In this document: in pieces, positions 36,782 through 52,484 of the stretch
Layout of the letters: each line of letters starts with the position of its first letter
Position numbering within the stretch: position 1 is the first letter of the stretch
From: Octopus sinensis
Taxonomy: Eukaryota
Length of the DNA: 64,000 nt
Direction of reading: 5' to 3'
Assembly: GCF_006345805.1 (NCBI RefSeq)
Contig: NC_042999.1
Coordinates: 171,182,001 to 171,246,000, forward strand
The notes under the pieces: generated by a model
Databases searched by the model: none
Seen by the model: only the letters and a program-made list of their open reading frames with translations
What the model was told of the DNA's origin: nothing
Made by a program: the position numbers and the translations under genes

Positions 36782-37535
36782 GTATTTGTGTGTGTATGTG
36801 TGTGTTTGTTTCAACTCGGGAAAAATCAATATTTAAAAATGTTAACTGAGATATATCGATATACATGTGAAAATAAATATTGAAAAGTACATAAACATGT
36901 AAAAATTATATTAAATGAATGCCTTATGAAAAACGAATACATAACTCATACATGGACATCTATCTAGCTAACTGGATAGAAACACGCACAAAGACATGCG
37001 GTAATTTAAATCGGAAAATAAAATGATAATGACGGGAATGAACAGAAGGAAATATGAATGTCTTTGGGGTTTTAACATTTATATTTATAAAGAATGGAAA
37101 ATGTTGGATTCCATGACATATCATCAGTCTTCTACAAAATCAAGGTGAATTATCTTCGCCACGAAATGGAAATAACGCCAGCTGATTGTCCACTGAGAGA
37201 TGTCTAGCGGAAGTAATAAAAGAAAAGCGTGGATGTGGATTGAGCTAAGAGAAGTTCGCTGATTTGCCTACAAAATGAATATGGAATATTTCGAAAGTTA
37301 ACGGAGATAAAAACTTTGTGCTATTGATGAAATTCTGTAAGGAAATGCAATTCAAATGAGAACTGAAATACGATCATCTTGGAGTTATCATTTATGAGGC
37401 TGCTTTAGAATGTTGAAGGAATATGTAGGAGAAGCAGACAAATAGAGTAGGTAATACATGAATATATGCATGATCATACGTAAGGAAGCATATAAAGGCA
37501 CAGGTATAATGCATACAGAAGCAACAGGCAAAATA

Positions 37536-37866
37536 CAGGGTATTTCAAAATATTTGATATCATTTGAGATGCAAATATCACGGAAACCACATAATCAAAG
37601 CAAATGAAACTAAACAGGATTAAAGTTGAGCAACATAAAATTCATTCCTTGAAATTTGAATGAGAAATTAAAAGGTATGTGGATTCCATGAACAATTTCA
37701 CAAATGTTCAATATGCGCACCGCCTGAGACACGGCACACGTCAAGTCGGTAGTCCATCTACTCCCAAACACGCTGCAGCATGTCTTGGATAACAGTCTCC
37801 AGTGTAGTAGTGATTATCTGCTCGAGTTCCTGTAGATTTGCAGGAAGAGGTGGAGCATAGAACAGG
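37536..37866 (-). mobile_element. Tc1/mariner-like transposon 3' end
   Basis: Minus strand encodes FYAPPLPANLQELEQII...DMLQRVWE*MDYRLDVCRVSGGAHIEHL*. Terminus is TA|CAGGGT. Confidence 0.75.
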
Positions 37867-37999
37867 CCCTTCACATAGCCTTATGCTTACACTTTCGCTT
37901 GTCATCTGCCGTTATGGCCTGAACGAGCTGCAGATTATTTCCTCAGGATGCGCCTTACTGTCGTTGGAGGGATCTGGGTTTCCAGACTTGTTCTTCTTA

Positions 38000-38135
38000 T
38001 GGGCTTCTTCAGGATTCACAAGTGATTTTAAGCCTTTGCCGCCTTGCTTTGTTTTATGTAGAGGCGGTGTACGTCACTGTTGATGTGGAGGTTGTGCACT
38101 TGTTAGTATCTTGCGGGTTTTCACATCAATCGTTT
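38000..38135 (-). pseudogene. R4/Dong-like RT thumb fragment
   Basis: IDVKTRKILT / LHINSDVHRLYIKQ / KGLKSL resembles LD.KTRK.LT....H..SDV.RLY..R..GGRGL. Confidence 0.6.
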
Positions 38136-39269
38136 TGTGTGTGTTTGAGTGCGTTTGTGAGTGTGTTTGTGTGTGTCTGTGAAAGAAAGAGAGAGAGGAA
38201 GAGAGAGGGAGAGAGGGAGAGAGAGTGTGTGTGTGTGTGTGCAGACCTGTTGCTGCGGTCTTCATTTTAAACATATGGAGTGAGAGAAGAGAAGCTATAT
38301 TAAGTTGTTCTTTTTAATGTTAGAAAAATATTGGGCACTGTATTATTGGTAAGATTTTAAGCTAGCTAATTATGAAATTTATCAGCTATTGTGGTCAGCG
38401 GATTAAAAAATAGCATACATTTCTACCTTGTTTTAGCTGTTCTTATGATATATATTCACTGAATGTTAAGTATATCCAATCATTGATATTATCCATTTGT
38501 GTTTTCTACGGTTTCCTTTCATCTCTTCCCATAAATTTTCTTTTATGAACCACTTGAAAGTTAGTAATGTCGATCATCTCACTCAGATGTAAAGTAATAG
38601 AATACGTTAATCATATAAGGAAAATGTGTGTTGATTTTAGGATTTATGACTTTATAAACATAGATTTGCTACAATTTTCATTATCATATGGGTTTTCGTA
38701 TATTTCTCGTCGGTTGTACACAACGAGATTGGGAGTGGTCACCATTCACAATATTATGTACTTATTCTTTCTATATTAATCATATTCATTTAGGCGTCGG
38801 TAATTTATCTCTGTACTTGTAAAATGCTTGAAATACTTTCAATATTGTTGTCTTTCAGTGTAAAATTTAGAATTTTTTTAATGTTACATATGAATTTTTG
38901 ACATTCTTATGTGTGTTCCTTTTCTTCTATTGTTTGGGAATTTATACATGAGATATCAGATTCCTTTTGCTAAAACCTTTTTCTTGATTTCGAAGAAAAT
39001 TTTTGATTATGAAATAGCATGCATTTGATATAAGTGTAATATGTGAAATCCCGATTTCCTGAGGAGTTATTTCAAAGAATTTCATAAATTGGTGAGGCAG
39101 GTAGCTAATACGTTAAATAGATATTTTACCCTCCTTCATATAGCTGTTTGCAAAAGGGTAAAAATACTCTCATTGGAAAGCGTCAAATACTATCTTGCCT
39201 CCTAAGAAGGTTGATAAAGAAGATTTAAAAAAAGCTAACGTAATATATGCTATTTGTCGTACCAATATA

Positions 39270-40250
39270 AGATGTTTACAAAGGTCATAGTCATCGGACT
39301 ATCAAATTATAGCTCATAAAATGAGTGAACGAACTTAAGCTTCCTCTGCATATCACTTTTATTGATTACGAAAATGATTTCGATAGCGTCAAGATGAACA
39401 CAGTGTTGAAATCACAGAGTCGAGGCGAAATACAGGAAACTGCTCAAAGATGAACTCTGGATGCACAACAGATATAGCTCTGTGCTTATAACTAGTAAGG
39501 ATATCAATTGGAAAGGGTTTCAAGCAAGGAGATATCATCTCTCCTTGGGCAGATGGCATGAATATCAATGGCGAACAACTACCACACCGTCTATTCGCAG
39601 GTGAAATTGTTGTCAACGCTAAAATACAGACCAGCTGTAGACCAAGGTGACAGTGCTTGACACTCAGAGCTTGGCAGCAGGACTTAAAATGAGCCGTACA
39701 AAAGCAAAATATATGGGGTTAGAAGACTTAGCACGAGGCCGAATAGATATGGGAAATGATGACATCGAGGAGGTAAATGTGTACGTTTACTGCAGGCAAA
39801 CAGTGAATATGCGTCGTGGTATGGTTGCTGAAATCTCAAAGAGATAAAGGAAGGCTTGAAGGCCTTTAATTCAATAAAGGACGTGCTCAAAATAAAATTA
39901 GATATTATCATACACGACAAACTCATCAATAGCAGCCTCCTGCATGCACTCTTATGTGCACGTGAGACATGGGCCATTACGAAGAGGATAGAAAATCATA
40001 TCACTACGACGCAAAGTGGCAGGGGCAAATCGATGCCAGGAATATCATTAAGAGAGCATATAATAAATGAGATAATTCGAGACGGGAACAGAATGAAAGA
40101 TGTGATGGCAGAGTACCGAAATCTCAAGTTTCGTACGGCTGGACATGTTGCAAAGCTCACAGACAACGTGTAGTTGCTGAGTGTATCCAAGAAAAAGCCA
40201 CTTGGAAAACCTCTAGAACGATGGGAAGCAGCCTTGGTCAAGATAGATAA
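39270..40250 (+). pseudogene. RTE-clade LINE reverse transcriptase fragment
   Basis: KGFKQGDIISP, GMNINGEQLPHRLFAGEIV (FADD), GLKMSRTKAKYM, LCARETWAITK and K.R.AGHV. Confidence 0.8.
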
Positions 40251-40469
40251 GAATACACACAAACACACATACACATACATCACAGAATATATGTATGTAG
40301 GTATATTTTCCCCTCTGAAGATATTATATTCAGATCATATGAATTTGATCTTTAATCAATTCAATGGGTATTAACTGAAACAGCTGTAAAGGATGATGAT
40401 TGATTCTTTGTTAATAATAAACAGTTATTAACTTCCCAATCTTAATCTTCTTTTTCTTCTTTTATATGG

Positions 40470-40968
<499 letters not shown>

Positions 40969-41289
40969 AATACATATATATTTATGAAACAAATGTTTTG
41001 ATTGTGATACTGAGTGTATTTAATAACACATATTCAGCCATGTCTGTCATACACACACTCGCGCACACAAGCGCACCAGTGCACAAAGCTATGAATGAAT
41101 TAGTGATCTATGTACATAAAAGTAATTTATATATTTTGTTAAAATTGAGAGTGACATTGAAATTTCCAGCGTATTTCATATCAATGTTTAATGTAGTAAA
41201 TGAAATTAATTGCTATAAATGTATGAATGAAACAAATATAACAGGCCTAGTGGAACAAGTGAAACAGCATACACACACATATGTATGTT

Positions 41290-41547
<258 letters not shown>

Positions 41548-42339
41548 AAGAAAGCGATATATGTAAAAGACACACACAAATTAATGAGCAAAAATACTAC
41601 ATATCACAAAATTAATATTTAAAAAAGAACTACCCAAAAATCTACAAATAATGTTGTTTATCTAACAATGAAGGAAAAAATATCTACCAAATGAGTTTAG
41701 AAAAATGCATAAAATTTTTTTAAGCATATGAAATTTGAAAACAAAAAATAACACTTTTTCTTCTGACAAGCTGGCAAAATTCTATATTATACATATATTT
41801 AATTTTCATCACTGTACTTCTACGAATAGACCAGATAAAAAGTCATCTAGGTAAAAAGAGATAGGTTCGTTTTAATATATAGTAAGATTAGAGTTTTAAA
41901 TATAAGATATCAAAAACTCTAAACCCCCAGTGAAGTAAGATAAGGTTGAAATGATATACGATGCTCGTTCCCTTTGCTCTAACAATAAATAATAAAACGA
42001 ACAACTCTGTAAAAGGAAGTATATGCTGGAAACATAAAAAAGCCTACAACATAATAGCTAAAAATTAGGTTGTATGATAAAAAGGAAGTCGCTGGAAAAT
42101 TATTTCATTAAAAAAGCATACGGACGCTAGACAGATATTTTGTCTGAATGTTATTCCAAGAGATAACACACACACACACACGTGCACGCAAAAATGTATG
42201 TAGGCAACACGCACGCACGCACCCCCTCCCACACACAAATATGGTGTTCCGAATAATAAATTAGAAATATCCATCTTCCGCTTCGATAGAGACTGCCTAA
42301 CATAACTTTGATTCACATCACTGATGTCCTTAAAACGTT

Positions 42340-42555
42340 GAGATCAGGTTCGAATTCTCATGTAATATATCTTGACTCCAGCAAGATTTTCGATAGAGTC
42401 GATCACAATACCTTCCTATTAAAATTGGTCAGTATTGGAATCTGTGGTTAAATGCAGTATTGAATTATTTCTTGGCGAACAGAGCACGAGTTGCGATCGG
42501 TAGAATTAAATCAAAGCCGGCAAAAGTCAACAATGGTGTTCTCCAGGGGACTGCG
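42340..42555 (+). pseudogene. CR1/Jockey-group RT fragment
   Basis: VIYLDSSKIFDRVDH..LLKL..IGI.G and NYFLANR..V...NNGVLQGT. Confidence 0.65.
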
Positions 42556-42859
42556 GACACCATTGTTAAATTGAAGTTCTCACATGGGCTTTTCCCACAA
42601 TCCCCTGATTTTCATTTCTTACATATGTGTATGAGTTTTCTCTGTTGATGCTTGTCTATATACATGCATAAATGTAAATGGCTTTCCCAAATAAATTACA
42701 CTTCATGTTTGAAGCTATAGCGTGATACTCAAGCACTCAAGCATGAGTACAAGGAACCTAAAAGCAAAAAACAGCAGTCAGCTTGTAAGCTAATGAAGTT
42801 AATAACATAATTGGTTTTTCTTTGTCATCCCAATTACTTACACACACACACACACACAC

Positions 42860-43078
42860 AGAGCCAGAGGCCGGTTTTCTGGTTTCCGTGCCGCATATGT
42901 TCCCCACCTACCCTTGACGGGACACCGGTCCGTCGCAGGATTACTCTCTTTGCTAGCTGATTGGACTGAGGCAACGAGAAATGAAGTGATTTGTTCCAGA
43001 ATATAACGTATCACCCGGTCCACGAATTGAAACCATAATATTACGATCATGAGCCAACACTTTAACCCATAAGCCACA
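42860..43078 (-). mobile_element. SINE-like family C
   Basis: Minus-strand head GTGGCTTATGGGTTAAAGTGTTGGCTCATGATCG..GGTTTCAATTC (tRNA-like A/B boxes). Ends at (CA)n. Confidence 0.6.
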
Positions 43079-46000
43079 ATATTTTGGTGAGATTGATTTA
43101 TGGTGAGCATGTCTGTATACTGAGGCGTTCTGTGTCAAATCATAATCTTCAGTACACGTACAAGATTTCGATACATCGATATATTTATGACTATAGAGTT
43201 TGACTGAACACAATTCGCCGCATTGACTGAAGGAGGTACTGTAAGCAGTGCATGGACTTTAGTTAATAACTTAATTGCATCTACTTGAATACACTGAGCG
43301 TCATTCATTTGGATTGATTTAATATAATTCTTTAAACTAAGTATACATATAACTTTCTAAGTAAAGTGTTAATGAATTTGTTCTGAGTGCATTACATTTC
43401 TGTCTATGTCATTCTATGCAATTTCATCTCGGCAATGATTTATTTTACTTTGGTAACAACTGATAAGCTGAATGTTTGATGCATTTATGTATAAGCTAAC
43501 AAAATGTATAATTTTCATTGGATACCCTTTCAGGAGTCTAAATTTTCTTCTTGGAGGATCGTAATCAAGTAGCTCATGCAGAAACGGAACAAGACGTAAA
43601 AGGAGAATTTGATTTCCTGTAGAAAAAAAAAAAAACATAAAGAAAAACAACACATGAATATGAAGGGTAATATTTCGTGTCTTTCATTGAAGATATTTCA
43701 GATGAAATGAGATGGATCGAAACTAGAGTCTTCCTATGCAAATTTTATCTCTACAATCTTTCTACTCATATAAGGTGTGGAAATTCTGTCATGTTGGCGA
43801 TTTGTTTTCTGGCAGTAGAAGAGCACAAATGCCCATAGAAGAAAATTAATTTGAAAATTTGTTGTTTCATATGTATATGTCTTATCCACACGAGACAATG
43901 CAACCAAAAAGTTTAGTTCTGGAAATGAGGATGTATTGGGTTGTCCGGAAAGTTCATGCCGATTTATAGTAGCTTACCTTTCCTCTTATTTTAGAACATG
44001 GTTGAGTTCATAAAATAGGATATTCAATCGTGTTATTTTTTAAAGACTAAGGGTCTGATAGTTATTGCAAAAATAGTATTTCTCAATAAGCAGACCAATA
44101 TTTTCTGGTTTAAGTACGAATTGAGAGGTTTCTACGATTTTACTTTGAGAAATATTGCCATCGATCAATAACAAATATGCAGAAAACAAATAAAAAAAAT
44201 GCTTTTTTTCCCAAATATGAGGCATTGCTGTACAGCAAAAACGGTGGCTAACCAAGAAAAAGTAAGGTCATTTTCAGATTCAGCACCCTCAAATTAGCTA
44301 AAAAGGATGTTTGGTGTCTCTACACCATTTCAAAAAAAAAATTTTTCTGGATCAGTGTGATTGGAATAATAAAAGAGAAAATGGAGCTTATAGAGACAAG
44401 AATACTTATTTCTTTACTTATAGAGACAAGAATACTGAAATATATAAAACGATAACTTGAAGATAAATGTTCTGACGCGGACATAAACAGCAAAAACACA
44501 TTTTAAGTGATACATTTGGTTTACGTCGAGTAAGAATGTATATTTAAGGAGGCTATTTTACTATTAAAATAATTTATTCTAAAAATATAAGTAATATGGG
44601 TTTAGCAATAATACTAATGATTGATAAAAAGGGAACGAAGAATAATGTTTTATGCAGCATCGATTATATTCTATCTCTATAGTGTACATGTATTCAGTTT
44701 ATCGATCTTTAAAAGTAAAAATACTCAATCTTTTACGAGCGCGATATTATGGCTCAGAAAATAAAACGTTTTAAGAAATAATGCTGACCAATTTCACTGT
44801 TATTTTATACTCGTGTTTACGTCCACACGGAGTTAGACACATACACGCGGAAGGTACTGTTCAGAAGTGTATAATTAACAAAGCATAAACGATTCAAACG
44901 CATGGGGAAATGAAAGAACAATCCTTACAAGGTCAAACTACGCCTGCCAAAATAAATGCCTTAATAGCGATACACCACAATCGGCAATACGATCTGCTAT
45001 ACTGATAAATGATCAGTAAAACATTGATTAGTACTTAATTAAACTGCTTCGCAATAAATATATACCCGACGATGCCAGCAGTTTTTCATCAAGATTATTA
45101 CCTATATATAATCTTTTTTTCAATAGAGGAGTAATCAATGAGTAAAATTTTTGAAGATTATGCGGACAGAATTAAGCTAAGAGAAAGCAGCATGGAAAAC
45201 GTACAGTTTATCCTTTACGAAATTGCAGGATGCGAGAATGTACATATATATACGTACATACATTTATGCATGCATACATACACATACATACACATAATAC
45301 TTACATGCATACATTCATACATACATGCACACACACATCTATTTATGTTTCATACGTAATGTGAATGTGAATACATTGTTGAAAGGTAAATTCCCTGCGG
45401 TATTCCTCAAGAGATGACATCTCTTGTGTACGTGATGCATTTAAGAACAATATATCAAAGGATTTGAAAATCCTCCCAGTGGTGGCTAGCGAAAACACCA
45501 GATGCATTAAGGCTTCGTTGAACCCTTCCAGTGGTGTCTGTCCCTCAGCCCGCCTCTAGCTTAAACAAGATTTTTGGCCCCAATATATAGCAAAGTACTG
45601 TTAGTGCGAATATACGCCTGCCTCTACTGCCTCTATTGACTAAAACAGATGTTGAGCAGTGAACACCAACTATGTCTACCAAAATAGAATTACTCTTCCT
45701 GCTGGTAGAAAAAGTTATAGAAGTATCAATCAAGTAAAGGTATCTGAGTCTAGAAGTATAATTTTACTTGGAAGGAAAAGAACAATAAATGTGTTATCAA
45801 CATAATTATCGAAAATATGTTTCCATACAAAATGATATTTTACAGTAAGCAGGGCTATCCTTCCAGATACTTCTGTGTGTAATATTTGCAATGGATTTGG
45901 ACAAGCAGAATATTATGAATTAGGGTTTGATAAATGCGTGGCACAACTTGTCAATACCCAATGTATTTGCATCAGGAGGTTTCAAATGAATCGACAAGAA

Positions 46001-47174
46001 ATGTGGGACAACTCTAGCATCAGCCATGCAGTTACAGTCTTTCTATTTAAGAATTTCAGACAACCGATAACTTTAGTTGAAAATTTGAATTTATACGACA
46101 AAGAAGCAGATAACTGCAGACGAGAAGCCTAGTTTGCAATAGAATTACTACAATTGTAATCACTGGTCTGGTAGGCGTAAACACTGCAATTGAAGATGCC
46201 AAATTACGAAAATGATTATGAAACAAACTTCAGCTCATTTCGAGGAATGGTGCTGAATTTATATACTTTCCTCTTACAGAAATATAGTAATCATAATGGT
46301 TTACGAAAGACGCCATTGAATCGCGTATATCTTGATACAACACGTTAATTACAAGAACAATCCACACGGTGCATGTCACTTCATACTGCAGGTGGCGTTA
46401 ATAATGCTAACAACTACATCACAGATTCCTTCTGTTCTCTTAGGATCATAAATTTTCCTCAACACAATCTGCAAGTGATTGTAGGAAAGTCATTATGTTG
46501 CTAAGGCATTTGGGTGTATCAAAAATCTGTAACGATAAAAGACTAACTAATGGTAGCCTCATGTGTGATGAAAGTCTTTATTATTATTGGTTATACCAGA
46601 TGAAAAGATATTTCTTATTTCACAAGCTCTACTCATCTTAGCGAGGGTTCTGTTTCAGTTCATAAACTTTGTTTCCTCTCACACTGTCTTTGTCTAAAAC
46701 ATCCAGATTTCAAGTAACGGATTTGAAGCTTACTCTGTGTCGCATAGTAAAATGTTGGCTGAGATAGACATGGTTTTATTAGAGTACCAACCACAGAAAA
46801 CGAAATTTGACCACTTCATATCCCTTGATGACTAAAACACATTTGTATGGGAGTATTTCATATTTACTTGATAATTAGAAGTAAACAAAATTTACTTCGA
46901 GATACAATTTTCTAAGGCACCAAAGACAAACAAATAACTTCAAAAAACACCGACAATCAACAATTTCACTCATAATTAAAAAAAAAACATTAAAAAAAAA
47001 CAATCAGTTTTAAAGATATTTTCAATTCAAATAAAAGTAGGTATGCATATAAAATTACATACACAAATCATACTGTTTGTTATAACTTTTAATTCTAAAA
47101 AACGCATGTTTCAGCATTTTTGTCACACAAGCAACGACGCGACTAATTATTACTTCAGCGTGTGCATGGATGTA

Positions 47175-47249
<75 letters not shown>

Positions 47250-47744
47250 GCTATCAGGCGGCTTTTAAGATCTACAAACAGACCTTTGACTTGTGTTGGA
47301 GAATTTGTCGAAATTGCTTCCTTCAGAGTCATATCCTAATGATGATCATATTCGTCGCAAATAAAAAATAAATCATGGAAAAATATCGCCGAAAACAACC
47401 GCAGTAATGAAAACATAGGAATCAAAAATTTCAGGATTGCAGATCCGGATTCGGCCCGGAATGTTGTTTATTTACTAACAGTGTTGGCCTTTAGATAAAA
47501 AAAAATTGTCATCGTGGAAAACATTTGTCACAAAAAGTCAAGTAAAAAAATTGCCGAAAACAATCACAGTAATGAAAATTTGGGAATCCAAAATTTCCGG
47601 ATTGTGGGTCCAGATTAAGCCTGAAATGTTTTTAATTTACTCAGGGAGTCAGCCTGATACCAAAATGGTATGCCACGTTGGTATGATACGGCCTCTGGGA
47701 GTAAATGTGGAAAAGTGCGACACACTGAAACACTGGCATTCTTA

Positions 47745-48141
47745 TCTTTATATATAAAAGTGAGGTTGTGTGCTGTCTGTCTCCTACGATTTAGATTCCT
47801 AACTACTCCCACATTTTGCGTAGCAGTTTAACCAAAACCGGGTATCTTATAGTCGTGATTCATATCGAGCCCTTCTGGGTATTAGCGCGCGTCTACGATG
47901 AGTCTACGATTAAAAAAAAATTTACCATCAATTTTTCCCATTTTTAATGCATTTTTGGCATATATAAGGGAAGTAATTCTCTAAAAATTTATTATTAAAT
48001 CTCAGAACGTAAAAAGCTACAGTAGCACCCCCCCCCTTTGTGGTTAGCCATATTGAGATGGCTATTATACTTTACATCTCTAAAAATGCTTATATAGTTA
48101 TTTCCCTTACAAACCCGAGCAACGCCGGGCGATAATGCTAG
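47745..48141 (+). mobile_element. Non-autonomous Helitron
   Basis: A|TC...CTAG|T termini with no TSD. Subterminal hairpin CCCG-AGCAACGC-CGGG lies just before CTAG. Confidence 0.75.
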
Positions 48142-48369
48142 TTTATTATAATATACTATTATATTAAGGCGGCGAGCTGGCAGAATCATTAGCACGCCAG
48201 GCGAAAATGCTTAGCGGTATTTCTTCCGCCGTTATGTTTTGAGTTCGAATTCCGCCGAAGTCGACTTTGCCTTTCCTCCTTTAGGGGTCGATAAAATTAG
48301 TACCAGTTACATTCACATTTATTATATCAGATATGTTTAATTTTGGGGAACTTTATTTCAATTAAAGTG

Positions 48370-48457
<88 letters not shown>

Positions 48458-49394
48458 ATTAAAGAAAGCCAAAAATAAAACAAAAATGATAGTCTTCAGT
48501 ATGATCTCTCTCTTTCTTTTTTTCTCTCTCTCTCTGTCTTCGCCACCGCCGTCTCCGTCTCTATGCCTACTATTACTCTCACCCCAGCACGAGGAAGAGT
48601 AGAAGTGTTATTAAATACTGAGAGGGGAAGTCAAAGTGTGACACACTGACACACAAAAATTAGGTTACGCATTTATTATATTAGATGTACGTAAAGTATA
48701 TAAACACAGAGATACGCAAATGGCGAGAGAGCGAGTGCGTGAGTGTAAAATAGAGAGAGAGATAAGGATAGAGTGGGAGAGACAGAAGAATGAGAAAACA
48801 AAGTGAAGGTGATATATGGTTCATCAACTTTGCACTAACTGTTGAGAGAGTCGTTTTTCCTAACACCATCTAAATTGCAACCATGTAAATTGCAGCTTAA
48901 CTTCCCTCACAACTAATAAGCAGAGGCAAACGACAATTCTCCTACATCACCTTTGTCGACAGAAACGACTTGTAATGTCAATGAAATAATGAAAGAAAGA
49001 AATGCGATACTGATTACATTTTCGACCTGAAATGAAAACAAAAAGTTCATACTATTCTTTTCCAACCACTTCATTTAACAATCGCTTTTGTTTTGTATTT
49101 GATGAAAATATCGTGCCATAATTTGAAAACAAATTGAAAGTTTCCCATTGCAGATATTTGATAACAGCTAATTAACGAGAGCAACAAAAATAACAATAAC
49201 AAGAACAAGAACGATAAAAGTAATGATGATGGTGATGATGATGATCATGATGATAATAATAATAATTATTATTGTTGTTGTTTTTGTTGATGTTAGTTAT
49301 ATTATTATTATTATTATCTCTTTATCACAGGCTTTCTTCGAGCTCCTGGAGTCCTGAATGCCTAGCGGACTTACTACCTTCAGCCTACGGTACC

Positions 49395-50000
49395 ATGCTA
49401 TTCGCTCTTTTCAAGTATCTAATACTTTCCTAGTTATTGTGGCAGTGTCAAGGAGGCAAACCTTTTCTAACAGTTCTACTGGACACTCTATTCCAATTTC
49501 CTGTATATTCCTCTTGATGCCTTCTGATACTCTTCCTAAGGACCCAACAATAATTGTCACTGTCTTCACCTTCTTCATTTTCCATAGCCGGGTTATTTCA
49601 TACTTAAGAGAGTTCTATCTATCTACCTATCTATTATCTATATTTTTGCCATCCTTCTTGAATATTCGTGGGTCGAAGGGGCATGTAATGCCAACTATAT
49701 AGCATATATGATGCACCTTCTCCAGTGATTGACCACTAGGTAAGGTCTGTTATGCTCTAGCACCTGATCTGTTTGGATTGGGAAATTTCAGAGGATTTTG
49801 CTAGTCTATGACTCTGCCACATTCTGCAGTTTGTGCTCATACCACGTCTTGCCTTTCTCTAGGCCCCACTTTTCGCACCGTTTCCAATGTAGCACTTTCG
49901 ATACCCGGTCGTATCACCACAACCCGTAGTGGTTTTGGGCACGTTCTAGAGCATTCGTTCGTGATATGGAGAATGGTTTCATCCACTCTATTGCAGATGG
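49395..50000 (-). pseudogene. R4/Dong-like CCHC-RLE 3' fragment
   Basis: VDETILHITNECS, ..NFPIQTDQVLEHNRP, CPFDPRI, YEITRLWKMKKVKTVTIIVGSLG and LEKVCLL. Followed on that strand by AAT-type repeats. Confidence 0.75.
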
Positions 50001-50039
50001 ATCCCAGTAGAGGCACTTGCAGATATTACTATTATACTT

Positions 50040-50180
50040 GAAATACTTGGTATACTTGGTGCAATGCCCGAAATGCTGCCTAAAAGGCTGAAAGATATTG
50101 GAAATGAAACTCGCATTGTTGACCTGCAGAAAAGTACCATCCTATATTCAGCAAGAAACTTAAGTTTCTTGAGATCTGAG
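50040..50180 (+). pseudogene. R4/Dong-like extreme C-terminal fragment (a similar remnant lies at ~51715-51865)
   Basis: ILGILGAMP..L...LK.IG....VDLQKSTILYSAR. Confidence 0.55.
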
Positions 50181-52484
50181 GAGAAGTACTCACTCAACAG
50201 ATACTTATTTTATCAACACCGAGAGGATGAAAGGTAAAGTAGACTACAGCGAAATTTGAAATTTGAACCAAACCCTAACCCTAACCCTGATACTAAGCAT
50301 TTTCTCTGGCATGCTAATGATTTTGCCGTGAGGGAGAGCAAGCTCACGGCGTTACTCAAACTCAGACCATAAATGATATAACTTAATGCCGTGATTTATT
50401 TTCCTAGACAGCATACAAATTCTACTAGCTCTTCGCATGAATTATAAGGATGATTTCATGGCTACACTACACAGTATAGACATGGTGAATCAGCAGCAAT
50501 GTATAACCATTGCAGTTTTCTCCACTGAATCGTAATTAGTGAAACACTAACGCAAATGATAATTGCTGCGCTGTAACTACATAAAGATATACAAACAGAA
50601 ACAATGCTTTATAAACAGAACAAATGCTGAGAATATGCCCGGAAACGGTGTAAGCTTTGTCCTTAGAGTTCTACAACATAAAGATGAAGTATACGTTTTA
50701 TGTCATTGGCTCTTCATGCATTTCTTCCAATGCAGTCACATTTAGTATCGCATAGTATCTTTGATTAGACTACGATAGAAAGAAGAAAGTAATGTCTGTA
50801 TAGGAGGAGTTTATATGATGTAAACGTAAATACAACAAAACCACTAATGGTGCATCATTAGCTATTCCTTAAGAAAGTTGTGCTACGTAAACATCAATAT
50901 TATATTTCCATGAACTTTACAAGTAGGCCACGAACTACTTCAAATACCAGTTTATCACTTGCTGGAGAAAATATATGTTAGTGTATTCATATCGTGTACT
51001 TAAAGAAAAAATATTAAAATTACAACTAGAATACATGACTATAGGACAAATATCGATTAATCATCTTAGGAAATGAGGAAATTCATCATAAAATACAAAT
51101 AACACAAGAAATTAGCATACCTTCTCCATATACATTGTATCACGATCAACCTAACAAAACGGAATTAAAAGATAACAGAAAATAACTCGGTTAAACGACA
51201 TAATTATACACAAAACTGCGACTGTGAAAGTTAGGAAAACAATATAATCAATTTGATGTGGTAAAAATGACCAGCATTTGCCTATATGGATTCTATCAAA
51301 AGTATCTTTAATGCAAAACTATTCACTTCAGTTCCAAAACAAACATGCACAGTTATACACGGATGTGTGCGTAAACGCACGCGCATACACGCACATACAT
51401 ACACACATGCACGCATACACACACACACACACATACAGACACACTTGGAAAACTTATTTTTGATATCATAGTTTCAAAGAAACAATGAAAGAACTCAATA
51501 AAATGCGAAAGAAATACTATTACATTATCATTGTTACAAAATGTATTGTGTCGTAATTCATAAATATATTAAGTGCCTGCACGTGTTCTGGTCCCTTGTA
51601 CGTGTTCTGGACCAGTATCTCTGAGCCTGCCGTGTGTAACACTATCACCATCAAGGGCTTCTGTTTGAATACCAATGTTATTCATAATAATTTCATTTTT
51701 CATAATCATTTATATGAGTGCCCTAGGTATAAAAAAAGAACGTCAGAAACGTGAAGATAATATCCCAGGAGAACCATGTCTAAGAGAAATCTAAAAGATT
51801 CTGCAGAAAAGTACTGACCACGTACTTAGAAAAACACTTTCAATTCAATTTTAATAATAATAATAAATACCCTTATGCCGTATCAAGGAGTGAATCGCAT
51901 GGTTTATGATCTTAACGGATTGCAAGTGTTATCATGTACGTGATTCCTCTTGGTAGTATAGATGGGCTACATCAAATATTTTGCTCAATAACACAGATTT
52001 GCTTGTCAGTAGGTTGACCTCAACCAGTCCAACGTGCTCTTTGGTGGCTGACGATATATGCACTTCTGATCACGAGCAGAAGTAGTTGGGCAGCATCATA
52101 GCCATGTGTGGAGATGAATTCTTTGAGGCTTGGACTATTCAACTTTGGAATCGTGTTTCGTTCAAAATCCTTATACAAACTTCATTCTGGGATCTTTTGA
52201 ACGGAATGGGCTACTTACCCTGAGAAAAATTCTATCTTGTCCCTGTAATAATAATAATTTTTTCTGCTGGAAGGACAAGTCCTCACATTGGAGTGAATGG
52301 ATTAAGTCGATTACATCGACTTCAGTGCGTAACTGGTAGTTAGTTAATCAACTCCGAAAGGATGAAAGGCAAATTTGACTCCGGCTGAATTTGAACTCAG
52401 AACGTAGCGGCAGATGAAATACCAGTAAACATTTCGCATGGTAACGATTCTATCAGATCGCGGCCTTGTGTATAATAGTAATAA

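Noticed and set aside
43935-44358. Mariner-like TIR start (TATTGGGTTGTCCGGAAAG) and a Chapaev3-like right end (..CAGTG)
   Set aside because: Orphan ends with no partner TIR or coding sequence visible.
50271-50288. (AACCCT)3 telomere-like repeat inside a SINE B copy
   Set aside because: Only three units, too short to distinguish from chance slippage.
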